Positions 49,310-59,552 are shown, numbered from the stretch's first letter. The stretch is DNA of 64,000 nt from Candidatus Latescibacterota bacterium (GCA_965208835.1 OZ242358.1:3584001-3648000); one strand, 5' to 3'. The notes: generated by a model from the sequence alone, not told the origin. Numbers and translations are program-made.

Positions 49310-50542
49310 TTACGCCAGGGTAAGCGCCGTATCGATCAAACGCTGTCCGGCCTCCCAGGTCAGCGGCGCCGGCAGATCTGAATTGAACATGAAAGCGGAA
49401 CGGACCTCGTAACCACCTCCATCCCATCCCAACTTCGACGGGAAATAGCCGGCGTGTGCGTTCGCCTGATTTACAATAACCAATCGATCGTCGGGCCATC
49501 GACGCCTGAGTTCGAGCCCCCACGAACCGAACAGCTGTCCTGGAAAACACGCCAGAAATACATCCCCGATCCGAAACCCCTGCACCTCCAGTTGCACCCT
49601 GTCGGGTACCGTATCACCGGCCGCTCGCATCGCCAGTTGATCCCGCGCCCAGCCGGCCTGGTACGAATCAGGTCTGGAGCCCGCCAACTGTTCCTTCAGA
49701 TCCGCGCTTGTCGGCAGTGTATCCAGCAGACACGTGCAACGGAGCCGACGCGCGTCGAGACGCGACACGTCCGTCTGTGTGATGTTCCCGGCCAATTCCA
49801 GCACCGAACCCGCCAACCCGCCGCCCACTTTCTGCACCTCGGCGAAATTCTGCTCCGGCCGGTAAGGCCCCACGTCGCCCAGGCAACCGTTGAAAAACGC
49901 CGATGTACCGCCCCACGCTTGTTCCAGTTCATTGCAGACCACACCGGGAAAGTCAGGGGACCAATAGAGATTTGTCCCGGTCAGGATGGTCGGATGGCAG
50001 CCGTAGTTCACCCACGTTGCCACAGCGCTTCCGTCCTCTGCCGAAAAGCGTACCAGCCCGAGCATCGAATCGATCGGTTGACCGTCCTTGCGCCGGTTGT
50101 GGTGAAACACGGGTTCCCGCGTCTGCGCGAAGCCGATCGATACCGGCTTCAGATCATTTGATGCTCTGATCACCGCATCGACGATCCGTTCCTTCAGGTC
50201 CGCCATATACGACGGGTCGGGTGCGTCGTCGCGGAACCGGGTGGTTACGGGTCCCGAGTGGGTGTGTGTCGTCGCAATGAGAATTCCGTCGATTGCAATT
50301 CCCGTCCGTTCCAGGATCGCTTCCCTCATCCGTTCCGTCGTGCCTTCGCTGAACCCAACTGTGTCCACAACGACGAGCGCAACACGTACCAATCCCTGTT
50401 CGCACACAAAAGCCCTGGCCCACAGCGGCAGATGGACACCGACGGCCGGGTTCGTGCGACCCGCGTATCCCGCCATGGACAGTCCGGCCGGCGGCGTCAC
50501 GTCGACCTTCGCGGCGCCCATCCTCAGGTTCTTTCGCATCAT
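49310..50542 (-). CDS. Neutral/alkaline ceramidase N-terminal-like metallohydrolase
   Basis: DVTPP.G..MAGY, THTHSGP, HNRR, NYGCHP, SPDFPG, GGGYE; GGGAGGAG RBS. Confidence 0.85.
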   Translation of the reverse strand: MMRKNLRMGAAKVDVTPPAGLSMAGYAGRTNPAVGVHLPLWARAFVCEQGLVRVALVVVDTVGFSEGTTERMREAILERTGIAIDGILIATTHTHSGPVTTRFRDDAPDPSYMADLKERIVDAVIRASNDLKPVSIGFAQTREPVFHHNRRKDGQPIDSMLGLVRFSAEDGSAVATWVNYGCHPTILTGTNLYWSPDFPGVVCNELEQAWGGTSAFFNGCLGDVGPYRPEQNFAEVQKVGGGLAGSVLELAGNITQTDVSRLDARRLRCTCLLDTLPTSADLKEQLAGSRPDSYQAGWARDQLAMRAAGDTVPDRVQLEVQGFRIGDVFLACFPGQLFGSWGLELRRRWPDDRLVIVNQANAHAGYFPSKLGWDGGGYEVRSAFMFNSDLPAPLTWEAGQRLIDTALTLA

Positions 50543-50594
50543 CTCCTCCCTGAATCGAGTCGAATACGAGGCCGTCGGAATCGTAGAATTATCC

Positions 50595-50623
50595 TTGACA
50601 CGCAGACGCCGCTTTTGTATTTT
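50595..50623 (+). promoter_or_regulatory. Sigma70 promoter of tRNA-Thr
   Basis: TTGACA-17nt-TATTTT followed by a GC-rich discriminator (ACCCGC). Confidence 0.7.
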
Positions 50624-50671
50624 ACCCGCTTCGAATTCGGGATGATAATCGTGTGTTTTTCATTGCTTTAG

Positions 50672-50831
50672 CAGTCCGTTGATGAAGTCGCTCTGCAGGC
50701 GAGGCCGAACCATTGCGTTCGAAGACAAGGCGCGCGACCGAGTCCCATCCAGCGATTCGGCGAGCGAGCGCAACGCAGTATTTCGACCGCATGGGCCGGC
50801 CGTAACCCGGATGGACTTTCTCAACGGGCTG
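50672..50831 (-). mobile_element. MITE family A, copy 5 (in the tRNA 5' leader)
   Basis: 160 bp; exact duplication TTAG/TTAG; the right copy includes tRNA G+1. Confidence 0.92.
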
Positions 50832-50834
50832 TTA

Positions 50835-50910
<76 letters not shown>

Positions 50911-50917
50911 TTTGCAG

Positions 50918-50959
50918 GAAAGGGCCTGTGTGATGGCATACACAAGCCCTTTCTTGTTT
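50918..50959 (+). terminator. Hairpin/terminator after tRNA-Thr
   Basis: GAAAGGGCCTGTGT...ACACAAGCCCTTTC followed by TTGTTT. Confidence 0.6.
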
Positions 50960-50985
50960 CCGGATGATTCCATTGGCAAGGCTAA

Positions 50986-51145
50986 CAGTCCGTTGATGAA
51001 GTCGCTCTGCAGGCGAGGCCGAGCCATTGCGTTCGAAGACAAGGCGCGCGACCGAGTCCCATCCAGCGATTCGGCGAGCGAGCGCAACGCAGTATTTCGA
51101 CCGCAAGGGCCGGCCGTAGCCCGGATGGACTTTTTCAACGGGCTG
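50986..51145 (-). mobile_element. MITE family A, copy 6
   Basis: 160 bp, near-identical to copy 5; exact duplication CTAA/CTAA containing the tal stop. Confidence 0.92.
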
Positions 51146-51814
51146 CTAAACCACAACCGTGTCCGGCTGGTTCTCCTTCCACGCATTCCAATCGCTCAGG
51201 AAGCGCTCGAGGCCGTCTTCCGTGAGCGGATGCGCCAGCAGCTTTTTCAATACGTCGGGTGGTAGAGTGGACACATCCGCTCCGGCGCAAGCGGCATCGA
51301 TGACGTGGAGGGGGTGCCTCAAACTGGCTGCCAGCACCTCGGTCTCAAATCCGTAATTGTCGTAAATCCGGCGAATGGTCCTGATCAAGTCCATTCCGAC
51401 GTGCCCGATGTCGTCCAGGCGCCCCAGAAAGGGACTGATATACGCAGCTCCCGCCTTCGCCGCCAGCAGTGCCTGGTTGGGGGAGAAGCACAGCGTCACG
51501 TTGGTGCGGATCCCTTCATCGCTACAGGCCCTGATCGCCTTAAGCCCGTCCAGCGTAATGGGAACCTTGACGACCACGTTGTCATGTATGCTCGCCAGAT
51601 GGCGCGCCTCCTCGAGCATCAGTCGCCACTCGGTACTTACGACCTCGGCGCTGACCGGCCCGTCCACCAGTTCGCAAATCTCGAGTATGATCTCCTCAAA
51701 CGTTCCCTCTTCCTTTGAGATGTGCGTCGGATTCGTTGTCACGCCATCCAGAACGCCCATCTCGTTGGCTTCGCGTATCTCGTCCAGATCGGCCGTGTCT
51801 ATGAAGAACTTCAT
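51146..51814 (-). CDS. tal: Transaldolase (short TalC/FSA-family type)
   Basis: [14 protein letters not shown], Schiff-base K in VVVKVP; Glu in SAEV and Phe in SPFLGR favour transaldolase over FSA. Confidence 0.92.
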   Translation of the reverse strand: MKFFIDTADLDEIREANEMGVLDGVTTNPTHISKEEGTFEEIILEICELVDGPVSAEVVSTEWRLMLEEARHLASIHDNVVVKVPITLDGLKAIRACSDEGIRTNVTLCFSPNQALLAAKAGAAYISPFLGRLDDIGHVGMDLIRTIRRIYDNYGFETEVLAASLRHPLHVIDAACAGADVSTLPPDVLKKLLAHPLTEDGLERFLSDWNAWKENQPDTVVV

Positions 51815-51922
51815 CACTCGCCCTCCTGCAGTTTGGTTTTCTATAGTTCCTGGAATCGGAAAATCATAAAACCGTAATTCGTGCTCTTCGCGCTGATGAG
51901 TCGGAACAAGGACAAATGTGAC

Positions 51923-52966
51923 TCAAAATGCCCTGTCGACGAGAAAACTGCACATCTCACGCATGGTTTCCCGTGCCTCGGAGGGAGGAATCTCGTTAAG
52001 ATGCGCTTCCGCGTCCGCCGCCCACGCCCGGCAAGCGTCTTCGGCCCTTTTTATGGAACCGTAATGCTCCATCAGCGAGATCGTCCTTTCAACTTCGTCC
52101 GTTCTCGTCTCTGAACGGTCTCGATTCAGGATTTCCCGCACCCACTCCTGCTCATCCGGAGAACATCTGTGGAAGAGATCGATTACCATCAGGGTCCGTT
52201 TTCCCTCCGCGATGTCTCCGCCGCGTTCCTTTCCGTAACCTCCGGAGGTCGTTGCCGGGGCCTGGTGCGCATCTTCGGCCCGTACGGTCAGATTCAGCAG
52301 ATCGTCCTTGATCTGAAACGCCACCGCCATTCGCTCGCCGAACGCACCCACCGCCCGCTGGCAATCCGGGGATGCGCCCGCGACGATTGCACCGGCGGTA
52401 CACGGCCCCCTCCCGCTGTACCAGCCCGTCTTCAGACGCAGCATTTCCAGAAAAATCTCAACTTCGGGGACCTCGCCCGACTCGATCCAGCCGATGTCGT
52501 ACGCCTGTCCTTCAAACGTGCGCTGGGCGCCGTAGAGCATTTCCTGTATCAAATCAAGCGCAATGGCGTCGCCGAGAATGTCCCGGTTGCTGGCGAGTAT
52601 TTCGAACACCTTCGAATGGAGCGCGTCGCCCGCATTGACGCTTAATGGAACGCCGTGAAGATGGTGCAGACATGGCTTGCCTCTGCGCATTTCCGAACCG
52701 TCTTCAATGTCATCGTGAACCAGCGCGAAAGACTGGAACATTTCAAACGCCGCCGCCGTCCGCAACGCCTGCTCCACGGCGCCACCCAACCCCTCACAGG
52801 CAAGCAGTACGAGTACGGACCGAAACCGTTTGCCTCCCCGAATCGGATAATCGCGCATCGGTTCGTACAGATAGCCGAATGGCTCGGCCTGAGGCAGAAA
52901 CCTGAAGAGTTCCGCATCGATGAGGGGCACAAAGGAATCGAGATAGGACTTCAGGCGATCATTCAC
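51923..52966 (-). CDS. Short-chain polyprenyl diphosphate synthase (GGPP synthase type I-like)
   Basis: GGKRFR, FALVHDDIED...RRGKP, GQ..D, LKT, FQIKDDLLN, GGDIAEGK; start approximate. Confidence 0.9.
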   Translation of the reverse strand: MNDRLKSYLDSFVPLIDAELFRFLPQAEPFGYLYEPMRDYPIRGGKRFRSVLVLLACEGLGGAVEQALRTAAAFEMFQSFALVHDDIEDGSEMRRGKPCLHHLHGVPLSVNAGDALHSKVFEILASNRDILGDAIALDLIQEMLYGAQRTFEGQAYDIGWIESGEVPEVEIFLEMLRLKTGWYSGRGPCTAGAIVAGASPDCQRAVGAFGERMAVAFQIKDDLLNLTVRAEDAHQAPATTSGGYGKERGGDIAEGKRTLMVIDLFHRCSPDEQEWVREILNRDRSETRTDEVERTISLMEHYGSIKRAEDACRAWAADAEAHLNEIPPSEARETMREMCSFLVDRAF

Positions 52967-53287
52967 CGGCACATCCCTCGCGCCCTTCCCCGCAGCGTCT
53001 ATCCCGGCGTTTTTCCCGGGCCGTGATTCGGGTGACAAGACGCCCGGTATTTACGTAATACGTCGGAAGCAATCCTGACCGTTGCGTGGAGGAAGCGAAT
53101 ACTCGTAAGTACTGGTCTTGGGCCGTCTGTTGAGAAGGAGTATTACGCAGGAAGGAGGAGGATGGGGAGGAAACTGCCCGAGAATATAGCGACAAGCATG
53201 AACGGGGTCAACTGTTTTCGTATTCCGGCCAGGGATGCCATGAACCGGTTGCCCGGACAGGCGGAAGGCGCGCCGAAACGCCGTGTG

Positions 53288-54223
53288 TTAACACCGATAG
53301 GCATCGAAGACGATTTTCAGATCCCGTCTGGCTCTCAGAAAGTCCGAATACGGCGTCCGGCTCCTGTCATCCAGGCATCGCAGGAAGTCCCGGGTCATCT
53401 CCCGATACCCCATCAGATCCGATATTCCTGGAAAGTAAAGCCGGACGCCTCCACGCCCCTTCTGCAGCACATACAGACCGTTGCTTTCAAAGACGATCTG
53501 TCCGTGCGTGCCAAGAATCCGGGAGTGCTGAAAGGTGCCCCCTGTGCGGCTTTTCGTGTTCCACGAATACATTAACTCGGCCGTCACGTTTCCGGGATAG
53601 GTCAACTCGACGACCGACGTCCGCTCCGGTTCTCCGTCGCGCCTTCCGGGAAACCGGCCATTGACGCGTTCCGGATCACACTCGAACATTGCGGAGATCA
53701 ACGCGACAAAGTGGATGCCGCCTTCGAGCAACGCGCCGTACTGGCGTTTCCAGCCGACTGTCGCCTGCGTGAACATCTTCTTCACCTGTACCGACCTGAT
53801 GTCTCCGATCCGGCGCTCCCGGGTCAATGCCTTGATTCTCTTGAGCAACGGCTTGTAGTAGTAGTTTTCGGCCACCATCAACAGCGGTTCGGGACGTAAA
53901 GCCACCGCCGCGCCGACCTCATCCACCTCCTCCGGATTTACGCACATCGGTTTTTCGACCAACACAGCTTTTTCGGCCGAAAGCGCGCGTACCACCTGGT
54001 CCTTGTGGAATGCGGGAGGGGATGCAATCACCACTGCGTCGATGTCGGGCGATGCCAGCACGTCCTCAAGACGCCGGAAGCTGCCGCTGCCGCGAAATTC
54101 ATCATTGAATCGCCTCGCACTTCCTTCGGACCGGCTGCAGAAAAAAAGCTCGGCCGAGCCCGAGAGATTCTTCGCGTGCAACCGGGCAATGGTCCCGCAG
54201 CCCACCAGACAGATTTTTCTCAT
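53288..54223 (-). CDS. Gfo/Idh/MocA-family oxidoreductase
   Basis: ATG at 54223 (MRKICLVGCG); VLVEKP, VAENY, GALLEGGIH. Confidence 0.88.
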   Translation of the reverse strand: MRKICLVGCGTIARLHAKNLSGSAELFFCSRSEGSARRFNDEFRGSGSFRRLEDVLASPDIDAVVIASPPAFHKDQVVRALSAEKAVLVEKPMCVNPEEVDEVGAAVALRPEPLLMVAENYYYKPLLKRIKALTRERRIGDIRSVQVKKMFTQATVGWKRQYGALLEGGIHFVALISAMFECDPERVNGRFPGRRDGEPERTSVVELTYPGNVTAELMYSWNTKSRTGGTFQHSRILGTHGQIVFESNGLYVLQKGRGGVRLYFPGISDLMGYREMTRDFLRCLDDRSRTPYSDFLRARRDLKIVFDAYRC

Positions 54224-54296
54224 TTTCCTGATTCCGGAAAGGCGCGGCAACCTGTTCGCGCCAGCTGAACTCAACAGGCCGCATGGAACCGGATGT

Positions 54297-55793
54297 CTAC
54301 TTATGCTCCGTGCGAATGACATCCGCGACCCGTAACGCGTTTGCCGCGATTGTAAGGCTGGGGTTGACCCCTCCCGAAGTGGGCATAAAGCTACCGTCGA
54401 GGACGAAAAGATTGTCTATGCCGCGAAGCCTGCAGGATTCATCCAGAACGCTGTCCCGGGCGTGGTTACCGAAACGCAGCGACCCAACCGCGTGGGAAAA
54501 CGTCTCCAGATTGTAGATTCGGTGATACAGACCGCCCGCCTGCTTCAAGATGCGCCTGGCCCTGTCTGTCAGGTATTTCCTTCGGAGGCGGTCTCCGTCC
54601 GAATATCGATGAACGACACCGGTCACCGCGATGCCAAAATCGTCGAGTCGAGCAGTCAGATGCACCCGGTTTTCGTATTGGGGTTCGTCCTCCGCGATGC
54701 AAAGCAGGTTTTGCAGGTAACGCGTTACGAATGCCGACAGATTCCGGTATCCGAATGGCGCGTAGTGCTTCAGAACTTCCGGGGCGGGCGTGTAGATGTC
54801 CTGAATCGTTCCTACCGACGTACCCAATCGGTCCCTCAGGTCTTCGTAGAAATCCGTAAAGCACAACTGCTTGTGAAATACGCGGTCGGGATTGGTACGA
54901 AACGGAAAGAGACCGGTGACCACGGCATTGCAGTGCCGCATTAGAAATCGGCCGATCAGCCGGTGGTTGTCGAGTCGCTCCAGCCCGGAACGCAACAGTA
55001 TGGCCGGACTCTGCAGGGCGCCCGCGCTGAGAATCACGACCTTCGCACTGAATTCGACCTCCCGCTTTGTGGTCCCGTCCAGACATCGGACCCGTACGAC
55101 CCTGCCGTTTCGGGTTTCCAGTTGCAGTACGATCATCCCGGGCATGACAACCAGGTCAGACGCCTGTGCCTTCGCCAGAATTGTCATGGCCACGTCGTTT
55201 TTGGCTTCGATACGGCACGGAAATCCATCGCAGGTGGAACATTGGATACATACCGGCCGATTGTTGTTCGTGAAATTCAGTGCGAGCGGTATCTTGAAGG
55301 GGCGGTAACCGAGTGCCTTCGCGGACTCGTATATCCGCTTTGCCGGAGGCGTGAGTTTAATCCCTCCGAAACGATAGGCTCCGGACCTCGGCGGCTCATG
55401 CATATCCGCCCCTGCCTGACCGTGTACCTCCAGCAGATGCTCCGCCTCCGTATAATACGGCTCCATTGCTGAGTAATCGATCGGCCAGCTCGAAAAATCC
55501 TTCTCACGCAATCGCAGCGACGCCCCTCCGTAAAATACCGACATGCCACCCACCGCTTCGTTCGGGTAGACGGAGTGAAGACCCCGGTCACCTTCTACTT
55601 CGAACGGCGAACGGCTCCTGTACCGCTGATCGATGAGGATCCCACGCGGGCTCCAGTCCAGCGCATCCCGCTTCACCCAACCGCCGCGTTCGAGCAGCAG
55701 CGTCCGGAAACCAGCCCGGCTGAGCGCGAACGCCGCAGCGCCGCCGCCCAGACCCGATCCGATCACGATGGCTTCATAGTGTCGTGAGCTCAT
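54297..55793 (-). CDS. GMC-family FAD oxidoreductase
   Basis: GSGLGG, LLERG, VGG.S..YGG, CxxCxxCxxxxC cluster, H.VGSLRFG, NLFVLDGS..P.SGGVNPSLTI.ANA. Confidence 0.92.
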   Translation of the reverse strand: MSSRHYEAIVIGSGLGGGAAAFALSRAGFRTLLLERGGWVKRDALDWSPRGILIDQRYRSRSPFEVEGDRGLHSVYPNEAVGGMSVFYGGASLRLREKDFSSWPIDYSAMEPYYTEAEHLLEVHGQAGADMHEPPRSGAYRFGGIKLTPPAKRIYESAKALGYRPFKIPLALNFTNNNRPVCIQCSTCDGFPCRIEAKNDVAMTILAKAQASDLVVMPGMIVLQLETRNGRVVRVRCLDGTTKREVEFSAKVVILSAGALQSPAILLRSGLERLDNHRLIGRFLMRHCNAVVTGLFPFRTNPDRVFHKQLCFTDFYEDLRDRLGTSVGTIQDIYTPAPEVLKHYAPFGYRNLSAFVTRYLQNLLCIAEDEPQYENRVHLTARLDDFGIAVTGVVHRYSDGDRLRRKYLTDRARRILKQAGGLYHRIYNLETFSHAVGSLRFGNHARDSVLDESCRLRGIDNLFVLDGSFMPTSGGVNPSLTIAANALRVADVIRTEHK

Positions 55794-56574
55794 AGACGTA
55801 CAGAACGATCAATCCGACGATAATAATCCACGCCGTATAATGGTACTTTTCGCGCGTCTCGATGCATCGTGTGATCCGCGGCAGGTCCGGTCTGAACTTC
55901 CCGGACATCGTGCGCTGCACGTATGTCTTGTAATACTCAACCAGAAACCGTTCCAATCCGCCGTTCATGAAGATCAGATAACCGAGCGGTACCGGCGAAA
56001 GCGGGTTGTTTGAGTAGAAAAACACGGGAGAGCAAATGGCGAGTACCGTTGCGGAACGGAAGAATTTCAGAGGTGCAAATCCCTCAAAGGGAGCGTCCTT
56101 ATATGCGCCTCCGAGAGAAACCAGCATTCCGGTGGAAAAGGCAACCGCCGCGAACACCGCGAAGTCAACGATCCGCATTGAAAGAAACAGCAGGGTAAAG
56201 ACACCTGACACCAGAACGACGCCGGACAGGAGACGCAACGGTTCGCTGGAAACCGGCCGGCCGAAGAACGTGATTCTGGACGGCACCGCGTATTTCGACT
56301 GATCTTCCGATCTGAAGAATCCCTTGTACAGCTCCGCAAGGAACCGTTCAAGGCCCATGATGGCAAAGAAGACCTGAAACAGGCTCAATTGGCGGAATTC
56401 CCCGCTGAAAAGGGGAAGCCAATACAGAGCGCAGAAAATTACGGCATGGAAATAGACGCTGCGGGGAAAGGTGCGGCATTTCATGCCCTCATAGGGGGAG
56501 TCCTTGAATGCACCCCACAACGAGGTGTACAGACCTGAAATCAAACTGACGAGAAACGGGATCAAGAAACCCAT
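55774..56574 (-). CDS. Uncharacterised integral membrane protein with two-fold internal repeat
   Basis: 266 aa with several TM segments; GAFKDSPYEG..RS / GAYKDAPFEG..RS and GLERFLAELYK / GLERFLVEYYK; overlaps the GMC start by 20 bp. Confidence 0.8.
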   Translation of the reverse strand: MGFLIPFLVSLISGLYTSLWGAFKDSPYEGMKCRTFPRSVYFHAVIFCALYWLPLFSGEFRQLSLFQVFFAIMGLERFLAELYKGFFRSEDQSKYAVPSRITFFGRPVSSEPLRLLSGVVLVSGVFTLLFLSMRIVDFAVFAAVAFSTGMLVSLGGAYKDAPFEGFAPLKFFRSATVLAICSPVFFYSNNPLSPVPLGYLIFMNGGLERFLVEYYKTYVQRTMSGKFRPDLPRITRCIETREKYHYTAWIIIVGLIVLYVYELTTL

Positions 56575-56626
56575 AGGCGGGTACCGTGGCTGCCGGCAAT
56601 ACCGAGGATAGTCGACGGACGGTTAA

Positions 56627-56950
56627 CAGTCCGTTGATAAAGTCGCTCTGCAGGCGAGGCATGGTGTCCCGGCCCGGAAATATGTCACCATTCATCCGCC
56701 GATTCATCCCGTCTGGCGGCGTTGCCTTCTATCGGTGACCTTGCGCAGGTCGCCTCGCTCAGGCGCCTTGCCAGCCGGGCGACTCGGCGGTCGAATTTCG
56801 GCAATCTATTTCCGGGACAGAACACTTGCCATTGTGGTCGAAGACGAGGCGCGCAACCGAGTCCCATCCTGCGATTCGGCGAGGGCGCGCAACGCCGGTT
56901 TTCGACCGCAAGGGCCGGCCGTAGCCCGGTTGGGCTTTTTCAACGGGCTG
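56627..56950 (-). mobile_element. MITE family A, copy 7, interrupted by a family C element
   Basis: A termini at both ends; flanks TTAA/CTAA; length 324 = 160 + 164 inserted. Confidence 0.85.
56664..56825 (+). mobile_element. MITE family C, copy 2 (162 bp), nested
   Basis: TIR GTGTCCCGGCCCGGAAATA...TATTTCCGGGACAGAACAC. Confidence 0.82.
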
Positions 56951-57101
56951 CTAAGATAAATCCTGACGTGCGACGCGTCAAGGCGCAGACAAAAAAAGAC
57001 AGAACACGTGAAGGAGCGCGTATTCTGTCTTCTCAAACAATCGGATTCCGGTCAAAAGGTCCGCGAGTGTCAAGCGGGTCGGCATCCCGCCTCCCACCGG
57101 C

Positions 57102-59549
57102 TTATGTCCGCGCACTTCCGACTCTGACCGCACCCCGCTTCCGCTTGATGCGATCGAGGATTTCGAGAACGGCGGGCAGGACGATCACGGCCGCCACAAA
57201 ACAGGTCAGAAGGCCGATCACGGCCAGTTTTCCGATAGAATTCAAACCGGGATGCCTTGCCATGATCAGGCCGAAAAAGCCGATCATCGTCGTCATCATC
57301 GACACGAGCATCGCGCCTCCCGTATTCCGGAGGATCACAGGTATCGAATCCGCGCCTTCCTCCTGATACCTGTGGAACAGGTGCACGCCGTTATCGATGC
57401 CCATCCCGATGATGGTTGGCAAGGCAACCATATTGTAGAAATTCAGCTTCATCCCGGTCAGAAACATGCTACCACACATCCAGATGGCGCCGCAGATCAA
57501 CGGCAACATAACCAGCAGCCCGTTTCGGATGCTTCTGAAATCGATGAATACTATGAGGAAGACGACCAGAAGTGTGATGCCGATCGCCCACCTGCTGTCC
57601 CGGATCATCAGCTTGAGCATATCCGCGAATATGATACTGGAACTGGACGAATAAAACGTCTTTCCGGATTCGGTCGTAATCAGGTGGGTGTCGTTCGCGA
57701 ACTCAATCGCCTGGCGTCCGTCCCGAAGTTGCACGCTGGGGTAAATGAAGGCGAAATGGGCCCGACTGCCGTCTACAGTTGCAAACTTGCGCAGGATGTT
57801 TTTCGGCAGGTCGTCCACACGCAGCTTGTTCACATCCATCAATTCCCGCAACTCGTCCACACGCTCCTTCTGCTCGCCCTTCAGCAATTTCGCTCCTTCG
57901 CCGTCCACCAGTTCGCGAAGTTCGGCGATCAACGTCAGTTTTTCGTCCTCCTGTTCGGGAAGGAAGGACCAGAGCGTTCGGATCTTGTCAACCGTCGGTG
58001 TCGGATCGTCGGATGCGATCTTGCCGTTTACCGCGTCGACGATTTCATCCAGCTCCTCTTTGCTGTCGGCCAGTACCACGCTCGGGGAGTGAGATTCGCC
58101 CTTGAACTTCGAGAGCGAATTAATCTTGTCTTTCACCTTTTTCGATGTCGCAAGATTGGAACGCAAATTGGTAAAGTCATATTCGAACCGGATCCGGTCT
58201 AGATTGTATGCCAGGTAGACCGTAACGGCGATCGCAAACGCGAACACGACCGGCGCCATCGGAAACCGTCCCTTGCCCGCGCCCCGATGGTGTCCGAGCA
58301 CCTGCCGCATCCGCACGAGCTTCAGGCGCTCGTCGGCAAGAACGAGAAAGGCCGGAAGGACCATGGTCATTGACACCAGCGACATGATGATTCCGGTGCC
58401 CACGATAAAGCCGAATTCCGAAAATCCCTTGAAATCCGTTATCGTTAGCGAATAGAACGCCATCGACGTTGTCATTGCGGCCGTCAGGATCGCCTGCCCC
58501 GTCTGGATCAGCATCGTCTCGACCGATTGCCTGACATCCATATTCGCCATTCGATCTTCCAGGTACCGGGAAAACATGTGAATGCCGAAATCAATTCCGA
58601 GACCGAACAGAATCACGAACAGGAATCCGGTCATTGTGTTCAGGTTGCCAATCGCCCAATAGGTTATGGCAAAGGCCCACGTCAGCCCCATAACCAGCGG
58701 AATGGCAACAAAAAAAGCAGCCAACGGCTGCCTGAAATAAAACGTGAGTAGCAGAACGACACCTACAAAGCCGAAAATGACTGTCGACTCGATATCGTCA
58801 AGAATGACGTTATATTCATCGATCTTGTTCTTATACGACCCTCCGATGGAGACGATCATACCCGGATGGTAGGATACAGGGTCCAGCGTCTGAACGGCAC
58901 TCTGGATAACGCCGTACATCTCTTTGGCGAATCCGATATTGCTCACCGTTCCGGATGCCGTAACCTCCACGGCAACGATGGTACTGTCCGGATTGGTATA
59001 ATAGACTTCGTGTCCGCGGTCTCCGTTCTCCTTGTATTTCGCCTCGATATCCGAAAAATCGAGCGGTTCGTCGTCTTCGCCGTCGTCGAGACTGAAAAAC
59101 AACGGGGATAACTTCAGTTTCTCCTGTCCGATGCGGTCGTCGATTCGAAGTTGAATGTCCTCCAAATCCTCGAGATCCATATACAGCAGCGCGTTTTCCT
59201 TGAAAAAATCCACTTCACGCTTAATATCGACGTAATTTACGTATTTCCAGTACTTTTCGGCCTTCAGTTCAACAAACAGGTCTTCCACAAATTTCCTGGA
59301 CGCCGAGAAATCCTCGCACTCCGCCAGAACAACCAGGCTTCCCACGCCACCCAGACGCGCCTTGATATCTTCGAGCGTCTTCACGCTGGGATAGTGTTCC
59401 GGGATCAGGGCCGCGATATCCGTCTCGAGGCGCTGGATCAGACGATAAACAAAAAAACTGCAAAAGATCGAAAGGAGGGTCGAAACGATAATGATAGTGG
59501 CGTGTCGTCGATAGACAAAATCCGCCAGAAACCGCAACCTATCCTGCAT
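57102..59549 (-). CDS. MMPL/HpnN-like RND lipid transporter
   Basis: 815 aa in two halves; GLGIDFGIH...RY.E and GMGIDNGVHL.HRY.E; TT..AF, TTMIGF. Confidence 0.92.
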   Translation of the reverse strand: MQDRLRFLADFVYRRHATIIIVSTLLSIFCSFFVYRLIQRLETDIAALIPEHYPSVKTLEDIKARLGGVGSLVVLAECEDFSASRKFVEDLFVELKAEKYWKYVNYVDIKREVDFFKENALLYMDLEDLEDIQLRIDDRIGQEKLKLSPLFFSLDDGEDDEPLDFSDIEAKYKENGDRGHEVYYTNPDSTIVAVEVTASGTVSNIGFAKEMYGVIQSAVQTLDPVSYHPGMIVSIGGSYKNKIDEYNVILDDIESTVIFGFVGVVLLLTFYFRQPLAAFFVAIPLVMGLTWAFAITYWAIGNLNTMTGFLFVILFGLGIDFGIHMFSRYLEDRMANMDVRQSVETMLIQTGQAILTAAMTTSMAFYSLTITDFKGFSEFGFIVGTGIIMSLVSMTMVLPAFLVLADERLKLVRMRQVLGHHRGAGKGRFPMAPVVFAFAIAVTVYLAYNLDRIRFEYDFTNLRSNLATSKKVKDKINSLSKFKGESHSPSVVLADSKEELDEIVDAVNGKIASDDPTPTVDKIRTLWSFLPEQEDEKLTLIAELRELVDGEGAKLLKGEQKERVDELRELMDVNKLRVDDLPKNILRKFATVDGSRAHFAFIYPSVQLRDGRQAIEFANDTHLITTESGKTFYSSSSSIIFADMLKLMIRDSRWAIGITLLVVFLIVFIDFRSIRNGLLVMLPLICGAIWMCGSMFLTGMKLNFYNMVALPTIIGMGIDNGVHLFHRYQEEGADSIPVILRNTGGAMLVSMMTTMIGFFGLIMARHPGLNSIGKLAVIGLLTCFVAAVIVLPAVLEILDRIKRKRGAVRVGSART

Positions 59550-59552
59550 GAA

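Noticed and set aside
52959-53200. Small ORF (78 aa) or 18-aa hydrophobic peptide upstream of the prenyl synthase
   Set aside because: No clear RBS or family motif; cannot be supported from sequence alone
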